Shown one piece after another: positions 37,822 through 46,467 of a DNA stretch of 64,000 nt. Location of the stretch: the IMG/VR virus record IMGVR_UViG_3300035182_001152. The stretch is one strand, 5' to 3'. Under the pieces are notes generated by a model. That model was not told where the DNA came from and did no database searches. It saw nothing but the letters and a program-made list of their open reading frames with translations. Origin of the DNA: a virus (taxonomy: Duplodnaviria > Caudoviricetes). Positions within the stretch are counted from its first letter, which is position 1; each line of letters begins with the position of its first letter. Position numbers and translations under genes: made by a program.

Positions 37822-38085
37822 GGACGGTGGAGGATGGGGCCGCCCATCCTCTATGCTTCGTCGGCTCCGAAGCACACCGTGAGTCTCTCATTCTAATACA
37901 ACGCTTACTGTGGAAGGTTGCCCTTACGCCCGAATGAGTTAGGCCCAAGTCATTATCAGTTCCGTACGTCAGACTTGGAATTGAGTACGAGAACATCGGC
38001 TTTGGTGTCATCTACCGACGGGGTGGTCAGCTTGCGCTGCTTAACACGAGACTTTCATCTCCACCAGTTCGTTAACTATAACGGT
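37822..38085 (-). ncRNA. candidate structured RNA/leader upstream of tRNA-Ala
   Basis: GAAA and GCAA tetraloop hairpins just after a TAAATA late promoter; two further strong hairpins. Confidence 0.45.
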
Positions 38086-38088
38086 TAC

Positions 38089-38589
38089 CTATTTATCCGT
38101 CAACGGGTACAAGTCGCAAATAAACACATTGACGTTGTACTGCTGCTGAAGGGTGTCGATCATTGGACCAACGTTTTCCCACTTCAAGCCGCCAAGCCCG
38201 CACCCAACACGAGGCATATACAGGTCCAAATTTGTGCCACGACAAAACGACAGTGTTGCTTCCGCCGCTTTTTGAATAGCGAGTTGACTTGCATACGCAC
38301 GGCCGTCCCTACCACAATCTTCTTGCGTGAACATATTGGCAACAAAGATTGAGTTTGGCTCATCAATGTCTGGATGCCCCACATTGACAATTTGGCTAAG
38401 ACCAAGTAGTTCACGCGTCGGACGCTTCCACGCTTTAACCATTGAGTGGTATCGCTCGTAAGCAATCGCCCATTTGTTTTTGATCGCAAGAGCCACGCCC
38501 GAACCCATCACCCCGCGACTATTGACGCCTTGCCCAACCACACCTCTTACGACCGTAGTAACGTCTTTTTGAATGTAGGTTAAGGCCAT
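38089..38589 (-). CDS. macrodomain (ADP-ribose hydrolase-like) protein
   Basis: IQKDVT..GVNSRGVMGSGVALAIKNKW, MPRVGCGLGGLKW. Confidence 0.85.
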   Translation of the reverse strand: MALTYIQKDVTTVVRGVVGQGVNSRGVMGSGVALAIKNKWAIAYERYHSMVKAWKRPTRELLGLSQIVNVGHPDIDEPNSIFVANMFTQEDCGRDGRAYASQLAIQKAAEATLSFCRGTNLDLYMPRVGCGLGGLKWENVGPMIDTLQQQYNVNVFICDLYPLTDK

Positions 38590-38590
38590 G

Positions 38591-38959
38591 TTATGTCCGA
38601 TTGAAGTACATCCGGGCGCCGTTTTCGCTGTCTTCAGACACTTCGATCACCAGCTCACGACCGGGATACGTCTTTGCGATGTAGTCTGCCAAGTCTTCTG
38701 CGATCATTTCGCACGACTTGTGGTTCAGCTGGAGAGTGCCAGATGAGTACAGCGATTCCAGCTCACGCTTCAGCAGGATGAACTCGACATCACGATTGGT
38801 GTGCTTGACTTCCAGCTCGACGCGGAAGTGGAACATATGACGGTGTGGATATCCAAGGAAGCTGACGTCAGCGAGCAACGGATTGGTAGCAGCGTCGGGA
38901 TAAAGGTGAACGCCTTCCTTAGCAAACTGTACGAAAATAAATTGTTTATCAGCCTTCAT
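38591..38959 (-). CDS. QueD/6-pyruvoyl-tetrahydropterin-synthase-like protein
   Basis: EGVHLYP..LGYPHRHMFHF..RDVEFI..SCEMIA..VSEDSENGA. Confidence 0.7.
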   Translation of the reverse strand: MKADKQFIFVQFAKEGVHLYPDAATNPLLADVSFLGYPHRHMFHFRVELEVKHTNRDVEFILLKRELESLYSSGTLQLNHKSCEMIAEDLADYIAKTYPGRELVIEVSEDSENGARMYFNRT

Positions 38960-39437
38960 TGTTTTGTCCTTTGGTTCTTTCGTATGTTAATCGTCTAGCC
39001 TCCGACCAAGGCTTACCTGTTTTCTTCTCGGAAATCAGTTTCTTAGTTTCGTCAGAGAGCTTAGTTCCCTTCGGGCGTCCCTTCAACAACCCCTGCTCGC
39101 TTAATGTGCGGCCGGCGTTCCAACTCTCTTGCTTTGCGCTCGTCTGACCATTTTTTTGTTTGGATTTGGACCCGAAAGATTATGGCGGTGTTGTTCAGAC
39201 TTCGCTCTACCAAGTTGTGACGGTGGCCGCTGATCATCAATAATGTTAGTCAGTGTCCCAGTACAGGCAGCTTGCCTTTTGACAGAATGCTCTGCATCTT
39301 GCAAAATTTCCATCGATTTGATGTTGTCTGGAGCGTTTCGTTGAGGTGATCCAAGTGGCGTTGGTTTTCCACTTGCCCTTTCCAATGTAGAAAGGTAGCA
39401 GCGTATCAGGATCTTTATAGCAGTAAACGTAGTACAT
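38949..39437 (-). pseudogene. frameshifted GIY-YIG/NUMOD3 homing endonuclease
   Basis: YYVYCY..FYIGKG, then RHLDH, GRAKSEQHRHNLS and GTKLSDETKKLISE in successive frames. Confidence 0.8.
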
Positions 39438-39466
39438 AAATTTCTCCTACGTTTACTTATTGAAAG

Positions 39467-39517
39467 TCACTGCTCCTTTTGGAACGTAACGAAGATGAAT
39501 TGCTTATTTGCTTGCAT
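39467..39517 (-). pseudogene. orphan duplicate of the QueD-like N-terminus
   Basis: GAGGAG RBS + MQANKQFIFVTFQKEQ* versus MKADKQFIFVQFAKEG. Confidence 0.75.
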
Positions 39518-39570
39518 GGTTTCTCCTCAGAATGAGTAAATAGTATACAACTTTCAATGGGTTAACAACT

Positions 39571-40191
39571 ATGAAACTTTATGAGCTCCAGCAACTGGAC
39601 GAGGGACTAATGCAACGCGTCTTAGCTGCAGCAACGCTTGCAGCTGGCATGCTAATTACCCCTACGGCAAATACTCCTGAACTGCCTGCTGATATGGTAC
39701 AAGCTATTGGTCAGCGCACGGGAATGGACAAGCAAGCGATGATCGCTAAGATGGCGGCGATTGCGTCAGACAAGTATCACGCTGACCCAGCAATGGTCAA
39801 GCAGGTTGTCCAACTAGCTGTTAAATACTCATATCCAGACTTCCCCACAGCAAAAGACCTACTCGCTGTTGTCGGTGTAGAGAGCTCGTTCAATCCAAAC
39901 GCCGTCTCGAAGCTCAAGCATGATCCGGCTCGCGGCCTTCTACAGGTCCGCCCAGGTGTTTGGGGGATGAAGCCTCAACAACTATCAACAATCGAGGATC
40001 AAATTAAGATGGGTGCGAAAGTGTTGCGCAGCTACTACAAGCGGTTTGGATCTCGAGAAGCTGCACTGCACGCTTTCAACGTTGGGCCCAAGAATCATAT
40101 CAAGAGTGCGAAGCAGCCCAACAAGGGTAACCCACGGTACGTGCCCAAGGTTGATGCTGAAGAACGATTGTACGCAGAGTTGGAGCGATAA
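39571..40191 (+). CDS. SLT-domain lytic transglycosylase
   Basis: AVVGVESSFNPNAVS, ARGLLQV, ALHAFNVGP..YV.KV; TAAATA upstream. Confidence 0.85.
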   Translation: MKLYELQQLDEGLMQRVLAAATLAAGMLITPTANTPELPADMVQAIGQRTGMDKQAMIAKMAAIASDKYHADPAMVKQVVQLAVKYSYPDFPTAKDLLAVVGVESSFNPNAVSKLKHDPARGLLQVRPGVWGMKPQQLSTIEDQIKMGAKVLRSYYKRFGSREAALHAFNVGPKNHIKSAKQPNKGNPRYVPKVDAEERLYAELER

Positions 40192-40255
40192 TCGGAAACT
40201 CTACGTTGACAACGAAATGACGAACGTATTGGGTATCGCCTCGCTCGGATGTGAA

Positions 40256-40588
40256 TTAGGTCGTCGAGAATGAGCTGCCACAACCACATGTTGATGTAGC
40301 GTTCGGATTGGCGATCTTGAATTGCGCACCCGTCAAGTCTTCCGTGAAGTCGACCGTTGCCTCAAACAGATAAAGCATACTGGATGGGTCAACTAGAACG
40401 CTAACCCCGTCATGCTCACTAACGTAGTCATCCTCATTGACGACATCATCCAGCGTAAACCCGTACTGAAAACCCGCACATCCACCACCCTGGACGAATA
40501 CGCGGAGTTTCAAACTTGGGTTGTTCTCTTCTGCAATGATCTCTTTGACCTTCGCTGCAGCGGCGGGCGTAAAAGTAATGTTGCTCAT
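40256..40588 (-). CDS. erpA: A-type Fe-S carrier (ErpA/IscA/HesB)
   Basis: [31 protein letters not shown]. Confidence 0.9.
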   Translation of the reverse strand: MSNITFTPAAAAKVKEIIAEENNPSLKLRVFVQGGGCAGFQYGFTLDDVVNEDDYVSEHDGVSVLVDPSSMLYLFEATVDFTEDLTGAQFKIANPNATSTCGCGSSFSTT

Positions 40589-40592
40589 CACC

Positions 40593-41039
40593 TTATTTAG
40601 CCAGCCCAAACTGGTTGAGAAACAGAGCCAATTCGATCTCCACGGCCGTCAACGACTCAACAGCAGCCTTCGTCGCTTCTTGTTCCACTGCCCGATCGCT
40701 GCGAAGCAGCAGGGCAGCTTCGTAGATCGCTTGAGGCACGACGATTCCTGTGCAGGTCATCAGACCGCCAAGCGATTGCTCGTCTTCGTGGAAGTTAGCG
40801 TACGGCAGTTGCAAGGCGTCACCAAAACGAGCAACCTCAGCAGCAACGGCAATTACACCGTGGTAGTGGCCACCATTCAGGCAGATCATCGTCTTGTGGT
40901 TCGTAGCCCAGTCGTACAAAGTCGCCTTTTGTGGCGACTCGTCGATGTACTTGATGAACATTTCACCCATGCAATGGCCCGGCTGAATGCCTTGTTGCAC
41001 AGAATTGAGTATCCAGTTAGTGAAGGTGTAAAAACGCAT
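40593..41039 (-). CDS. peptidyl-tRNA-hydrolase (PTH2)-like phage protein
   Basis: QQGIQPGH..W...[19 protein letters not shown] pattern. Confidence 0.45.
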   Translation of the reverse strand: MRFYTFTNWILNSVQQGIQPGHCMGEMFIKYIDESPQKATLYDWATNHKTMICLNGGHYHGVIAVAAEVARFGDALQLPYANFHEDEQSLGGLMTCTGIVVPQAIYEAALLLRSDRAVEQEATKAAVESLTAVEIELALFLNQFGLAK

Positions 41040-41095
41040 TTGATGCTCCCGTATCAAGATGCGTCATTGTCCATCTAGGATGAGTGGAGATCAAC

Positions 41096-41293
41096 TTACT
41101 CGTCACCCTTGCGGATCTTGTTCTTTTCCTTCGCACGGTTGTAGTCGTTGCGGGCGTCATAATGCGCTCCACTTTTGCGCGCACGCAACACATCATTCAG
41201 ATGCTTGTTGCGTGGCTTCAAGGGGTCAAGCGTGATCTTGTCCTTCTTCTTGCCTTCGTTCATGATTTCGAAAAGTTCACGGAGCAGTTCCAT
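41096..41293 (-). CDS. small basic late protein
   Basis: CATAAATA promoter, GAGGGA RBS. Confidence 0.65.
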   Translation of the reverse strand: MELLRELFEIMNEGKKKDKITLDPLKPRNKHLNDVLRARKSGAHYDARNDYNRAKEKNKIRKGDE

Positions 41294-41396
41294 AACTTAT
41301 TCCCTCAAAAGTGTGATGGATATTTATGGGTTAATGCGCGTTGCTAGGGAACAATTCGTTGATAGCTTGCTGAACCAACCTGCTGATTGATGTTTG

Positions 41397-41849
41397 TCAT
41401 TGCTTGATTCGCTGAATCAGTAGTTCACGAACAGTAGCGGGGTCGCTCTTGTATCGCTTCATTACGCCGCCTACCAACGAATTAAGAGCCTTCTCCACGC
41501 CCGATTTGAATTGGTCGACCGCCTTCTGTTGCTCAGCTATAACAGCCTCAATTGCTGCCGTCAGCTCCGGAGGTACGTTAGCCAGCATCTGCAACCGTCG
41601 CTTCTCTGCCTGCTTGCGCCGAGCGGTGCCGGGCGGCGTAACTTTTCGCTTTCCAGCAATGAACCGACTTGCGCACAGACGAATTTGATCAGCGGTTGTA
41701 GCAAAGCCCGCACGAGCGCACTTGTCTACATACCACTCTATCTGATACAGCTCATCCCAATGGGGTGTACGTTCCAGCAGGGGGATCAGTGCTTCAATAT
41801 AACGGAATCGTTCCGCAGGAAACATGGGTACATTAGCGTTCGGCACCAT
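41397..41849 (-). CDS. protein with GatB/YqeY-like C-terminal domain
   Basis: IEAVIAEQQKAVDQFKSG..KALNSLVGGVMK...DPATVRELL. Confidence 0.6.
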   Translation of the reverse strand: MVPNANVPMFPAERFRYIEALIPLLERTPHWDELYQIEWYVDKCARAGFATTADQIRLCASRFIAGKRKVTPPGTARRKQAEKRRLQMLANVPPELTAAIEAVIAEQQKAVDQFKSGVEKALNSLVGGVMKRYKSDPATVRELLIQRIKQ

Positions 41850-42432
41850 TGATCACTTCAAGTAGTTCGAGCTGTGACGTCATCACGTGTTTGATGTTCT
41901 CGTACGCAGCTTCTTGTTTCGGAAAAAGACGACGGGCAGTCTTCAACATCGGAAGAAACAAAGTCCTCGCCTCTTCCATATACTTGATTCGCTTCTCCAG
42001 CGTAAACACACCAACCATCGTTTGCATGTTGTGACAGCGATCACCACCCTTTGCAAGAGATGCGATTGGATGCAGACCAATGTCTTCCATCATCTTTGCT
42101 TGCTGCTTGCCGTTCTTGTCCATCAGGAACACTGCTTGTCCAACGCGAGGGCCGAACCGGTTCGCAATCTCCGAGTGTGGGACACCGTAGTCTTCCGGGA
42201 CATCATGCAAGAGGACGGCGGCCAGCGTGTCCTCTGGAAACATCATCGATGGCAGTAGCGTGCGCAGGTAGTGCGCAATCTCAATTTGATGTTGGAACTC
42301 AGGCGTGACACCATCCTTGCGTGTCCCTACATGGTACTGGGATGCGAATTGCAACGCGTCAGCGGCCATGTAGAATTCCCGGCCAAGCAGGAAATATCGC
42401 AGCGAGATGTACAGTTTCTTATAGTCTTCCAT
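41833..42432 (-). CDS. HD-domain hydrolase (small alarmone hydrolase/Mesh1-like)
   Basis: H.G.RKDG.TP...H, AAVLLHDVPED, KGGDRCHN. Confidence 0.8.
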   Translation of the reverse strand: MEDYKKLYISLRYFLLGREFYMAADALQFASQYHVGTRKDGVTPEFQHQIEIAHYLRTLLPSMMFPEDTLAAVLLHDVPEDYGVPHSEIANRFGPRVGQAVFLMDKNGKQQAKMMEDIGLHPIASLAKGGDRCHNMQTMVGVFTLEKRIKYMEEARTLFLPMLKTARRLFPKQEAAYENIKHVMTSQLELLEVINGAER

Positions 42433-42481
42433 GTTAAATCTCCTATAACTAGAGATTCAACCGAAACGACAGTTAACCCAA

Positions 42482-42811
42482 CTATTCAGCTGCGTTGGCC
42501 GTTTTGACGTAGTCTTTCGGCCGCATCTTCCCAGCGCGACCTGCTTTGGACCATTCGTAGTCGTGACCGTCCGGTGTCTTACCGTCAATGATCGATGCAA
42601 CGCCAAGCTGACCGACGTTGTTCATGTCCTCCGACGCCATGGTGATCATTGAGATACGGGCACCTCCACGACGACGTGTGCGCAATTCCTCAGAGAACTT
42701 CAGCGCTTGGGCCAGTTCAGACGGGGGGAACTCACGCGACTGAGGTTCACGCACCAACGCTGGTGCTAGTGAGTCTGTGTAGGACTCTTCAGTCCAGTAT
42801 ACTGTGTACAT
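42482..42811 (-). CDS. hypothetical protein
   Basis: AAGGA RBS, 109 aa. Confidence 0.6.
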   Translation of the reverse strand: MYTVYWTEESYTDSLAPALVREPQSREFPPSELAQALKFSEELRTRRRGGARISMITMASEDMNNVGQLGVASIIDGKTPDGHDYEWSKAGRAGKMRPKDYVKTANAAE

Positions 42812-43108
42812 TTTGTTCCTTGTGCAATTGCGGCATGATCATCGCAATTGGCACAAAGATCAACAGCAATAAACCGACATGAGGGGCCTTGAGGTTTCTT
42901 TTGGCGTTCCCTCTACACACTACATTCGCCCGCGCGCTGGGTTACTAGCACCAAGTGCAGCTAGTTCTCACGATACTAGCCTGTCTAAATTTGGATGTCG
43001 AGCACGGAGGCTTCGTCTCGACGCGCCTGTTAACACTCTCAAGCTCGAGAGGGGCTCGAACGGTTTCGAGCGGCTCCACCAACTGAGTTGCTTGCACATT
43101 TCAGTGAG

Positions 43109-43954
43109 TTAACTATCAGTCTCACCCAATTTTTTCGTCAACGGCGTCATCTTAAACACAGACTTGGGTTTGGAGCCGGGTACGTCTCGCCACCCCTCAT
43201 CGATTAGGCGATCGTACAGCCCTTCGTTCAGGATGCTCTCAACGTACGTGCACCGGAATGGGTTGATCTGATGCATATGGTTGATTACCCGCATGCCAAG
43301 ACCTCGGCCTCTGAATTGCTCAGAGACTGTAATTGTACCAATGTCAAAGGATTGGATCAATGCGCCTGAGATCGCATGATGAGCCTTACGGGTATACACA
43401 CTGATGATGTCGTCTCCATATACCCAATGGTTAGGATATGGTCCATCAAGGAATCCCTGGATCTCCTGCTTGAACGAAGTAAACGCCTGGTTACAGACGT
43501 CTACGCAATTTCGCTCAAATAAGGCCAGGTCTGACATGTCACACCAGGCGGCTACGATTGCATTCACGTAGTGAAGATTGCTCTCCGCCACGAGGCCATT
43601 GCTGTTGCTGTTGGAGCGAGCAGCATCAACGATGTTCTTCGCTTCTTTCAGGCCAAGCTTGGTGTTCTCACGGACCATCTTGATCGCCGAGATGAGCCCA
43701 CCACTGCGGAGCAGGCTGGCGACATCGCCAGCCCACCTTGGGTCAGCGGGTGCGGTCTTCGTCACGACGCCGGCGTCGTGCAGTTGGACGAAGATTGCCG
43801 GATGCTTTTTGGCAAGAGCCAAGGCAATCGCATGAGAGTCGTAGTTGCCTGATGCAATGATGTCGACGATGCGCTCATGAACCTCGTTGGAGGTTGACGT
43901 GGGCGTCGGCTGCAGAGAGATGCGACGTTGAGATTGCTGTTGTTGCTTGGACAT
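43109..43954 (-). CDS. bL12-CTD-like domain fused to GNAT-like domain
   Basis: ISAIKMVRENTKLGLKEAKNIVD; ITVSEQFRGRGLG acetyl-CoA-binding motif. Confidence 0.6.
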   Translation of the reverse strand: MSKQQQQSQRRISLQPTPTSTSNEVHERIVDIIASGNYDSHAIALALAKKHPAIFVQLHDAGVVTKTAPADPRWAGDVASLLRSGGLISAIKMVRENTKLGLKEAKNIVDAARSNSNSNGLVAESNLHYVNAIVAAWCDMSDLALFERNCVDVCNQAFTSFKQEIQGFLDGPYPNHWVYGDDIISVYTRKAHHAISGALIQSFDIGTITVSEQFRGRGLGMRVINHMHQINPFRCTYVESILNEGLYDRLIDEGWRDVPGSKPKSVFKMTPLTKKLGETDS

Positions 43955-44174
43955 GATTGAGTCCTAGTTAAAGTAACTCAATCATCCTGTTAGCAGCTTT
44001 GACCCTCAACAATTACTTCTTGCACTGCCAACCAGCGACGACCTTACCCACTTCACCAGCATGTTCTGGTGAAGTGTTGCTGATTTTGATCTTACGGTTG
44101 ATTAGGCCCGTTTCTTCGAGCTTCATACGAATATCCGGTAACGTTGGAAGCTCGACGAGAATGGGCTTGTCAAC

Positions 44175-44507
44175 TTACACTTCAACCGTCTCCGGCTTGG
44201 TGTTGTAGATTTCCTCACCAGTCTCTGTGTCCTTGGACAGCAGATCGGGAGGGATCGGCTTCAGCCACGTGTCTGGACTGTATGCCCGGGAGGTTGGACC
44301 GTACGGGGTTTCGAAGCCCCGCGGAGACGTGGCATCAATCCACCAGTAGTTATCCGTGATCATTGCCTTGCACATGATCCCGTTGACTTCAAACACGTCA
44401 CCTTCGTTCATGTAGCCAATATATTCGGCCACATCGACGATGTGGCCTACGTAGTTACCTGTGACTGTCCGCAATACGAACGCCAGGTCGCCCTTCTTAC
44501 AACGCAT
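44175..44507 (-). CDS. hypothetical protein
   Basis: MRCKKGDLAFV, GGAG RBS. Confidence 0.6.
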   Translation of the reverse strand: MRCKKGDLAFVLRTVTGNYVGHIVDVAEYIGYMNEGDVFEVNGIMCKAMITDNYWWIDATSPRGFETPYGPTSRAYSPDTWLKPIPPDLLSKDTETGEEIYNTKPETVEV

Positions 44508-44600
44508 TTTGATGTACTCCAATGATGTAGCGATAGCACAGCAGGGTGAGCATCGCGACAATGATGAACCGCACTTCAGGTGGTAGGTTGTTCCAGACTT

Positions 44601-45056
44601 TCACTCGGCGTCATCCACAGAAATGGTGCCGCAAAACCGGTTGTGTAGCGATTCGTAGGCGATTTGAGCAAAGCTTGGCTTCGATGGTGCGGTCACAGGC
44701 TGGCACGGCCGCGTTTCCTTCCATTGCTTATATCGCCGGTGAGTGTAGATCATCGCCACGATCACACTGGCGATGCCGGAGGCGATCATCGTAATCACGG
44801 AACCAGGCTCTGGATCGATCCACTGACCCAGGTGAGCCATTGCTGATACCCACGCAGCGATATCACCAATCGTCAGGCCGATCACTAGACCACCAATTGC
44901 CGTGCCGATCAGCGCGACAAACATTCCCAGCAGCACCGCACGAATATACGAACACAGATCGTAATACCCCTGCACAATGGCAAAGTGTGATGCTGGCCCG
45001 TACAGAGTTGCAAATCGGAAGTGGAGCGAGTTTGAGGATAGGTTGAACGATTTCAT
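44601..45056 (-). CDS. membrane protein
   Basis: Two hydrophobic segments. Confidence 0.6.
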   Translation of the reverse strand: MKSFNLSSNSLHFRFATLYGPASHFAIVQGYYDLCSYIRAVLLGMFVALIGTAIGGLVIGLTIGDIAAWVSAMAHLGQWIDPEPGSVITMIASGIASVIVAMIYTHRRYKQWKETRPCQPVTAPSKPSFAQIAYESLHNRFCGTISVDDAE

Positions 45057-45059
45057 GAC

Positions 45060-45197
45060 TTAGTGCTTGGTTGGGACCGGAAGGACAGGTGGGTCGAACT
45101 CGTCAGGGTCGTCGTCATCCTCGTCATCGAACGGATAGAACGGCGGCGGTGGCGGATTGCGGTGGGGCGGAGTTGGGAGTGGTTGAGGGAATGGCAT
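45060..45197 (-). CDS. Pro/Asp-rich 45-aa peptide
   Basis: MPFPQPLPTPPHRNPPPPPFYPFDDEDDDDPDEFDPPVLPVPTKH with AAGG RBS. Confidence 0.5.
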   Translation of the reverse strand: MPFPQPLPTPPHRNPPPPPFYPFDDEDDDDPDEFDPPVLPVPTKH

Positions 45198-45255
45198 AGT
45201 AGTACCTTTTCAATATGGACTACTGTACTTGCTCATCCTACCGCATTCAACAATT

Positions 45256-45534
45256 TCAGGAAGGGTCTCTGGGGAATAGTTTATACCAAACAATCACCAG
45301 CAACAACGCGAGATTGACACCGTAGTTACACTGCAGAGGTAGCATATGTCCCTTCAGCGATACGTACAGTAGCATGGTTGAACAACCAACCAGCCAGGAA
45401 AGAAGGAACGGCCATGCGAGGCCGTTACTATGCTTTTGCCTCCAGCACACCCATGCTTGAGGCAACGCTGATAGCGAAAACACCGCAGCGCCGAACCACC
45501 CAAGCGGTTCTACTAATTGTTGAATCCAGTTCAT
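45256..45534 (-). CDS. PQ-loop/SemiSWEET-like membrane protein
   Basis: LGWFGAAVFSLSALPQAW..K.S.GL, three TM helices. Confidence 0.75.
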   Translation of the reverse strand: MNWIQQLVEPLGWFGAAVFSLSALPQAWVCWRQKHSNGLAWPFLLSWLVGCSTMLLYVSLKGHMLPLQCNYGVNLALLLVIVWYKLFPRDPS

Positions 45535-45890
45535 GTATACACGATGTTGTTCGCATCGTCTAGTTTGACCCAGAAGCGTGACTTGCACTTCTTGAGGTCG
45601 GGGTGGGACCGAATGCGGAACGTCACACTGTCGTATTCGGCCATCCCGTTGCGGATAAAGATCCGATCAACAGACAGTACTGTGCCAGCAGGTAGGGTGA
45701 CGTCGTATACCTCATCGCGCGATTTCCGCCACGCTTGCCACTGTTCTTCCGTGGCAGCGGCAGAGTACGGTATTTCCAACCCAAGCAGCTGGCGGAAATC
45801 GCTGTTCCTGTGCTCAGCGTGTAGTTTGAATGTCCACGGCTGCGACAGCGTTAGTTCTGTGCGCAGGTGGGGAATCATCAGTTGTGGCAT
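45531..45890 (-). CDS. hypothetical protein
   Basis: AGGAG RBS, 119 aa. Confidence 0.6.
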   Translation of the reverse strand: MPQLMIPHLRTELTLSQPWTFKLHAEHRNSDFRQLLGLEIPYSAAATEEQWQAWRKSRDEVYDVTLPAGTVLSVDRIFIRNGMAEYDSVTFRIRSHPDLKKCKSRFWVKLDDANNIVYT

Positions 45891-46175
45891 TCGAACTCCT
45901 TGACGGGAATGATCCGGTACCACTTTTTCATCACGTACAGCCAGATGCCGCCGTGCTTGAAGAACTTCGGTGACCGCCAGACCAATTTCATCATTTCACC
46001 CGCAACACAGTGACCGCCAGGTCGGCGAAGTGGACCACATCGACAACTACGACTAGGTGGTCACGCACGCGAACCTTTTCACCGATTCGTGGCAGCACCT
46101 CGAGGTGGCGCCGCAGTCCATCAAAGGGAGTGGCGTTGGTAGATCTAACCAACGATTGGAATTCTGTCAACACGC

Positions 46176-46409
46176 TCATGCTCGCTCTCCGCTGCTGCTG
46201 GATGTGTGCCATACTGTTTGGATGCACTGCTCGCGCAACACTCGCAGCTCTTCTTCCAGCTCCTGGATTCGACGTGCTGCAGCGCGCATGTCTGCACCTG
46301 CAAGGTACACAGTACCTGACTTCTTGTCTTCATACGTCAGTAACATTGGATACATGGTCAGACGGGCAACTAGCTGCTCACTGGTCAGCGGCGGGTTGGA
46401 GCGTGCCAT
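46176..46409 (-). CDS. hypothetical protein
   Basis: 77 aa, AARRIQELEEEL coiled coil. Confidence 0.5.
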   Translation of the reverse strand: MARSNPPLTSEQLVARLTMYPMLLTYEDKKSGTVYLAGADMRAAARRIQELEEELRVLREQCIQTVWHTSSSSGERA

Positions 46410-46467
46410 TTGTGTACTTTCAGAGCTGTTAAACGATGACCGACTATAGAGGAAGGCGACTCCGTAG

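Noticed and set aside
42883-43081. Full tmRNA formed by GGGGCCT (42883) pairing with GGCTCCACCA
   Set aside because: Only about 200 nt, no canonical T-loop and no tag frame ending in ..AA*; 42883 probably lies in a small - strand membrane ORF
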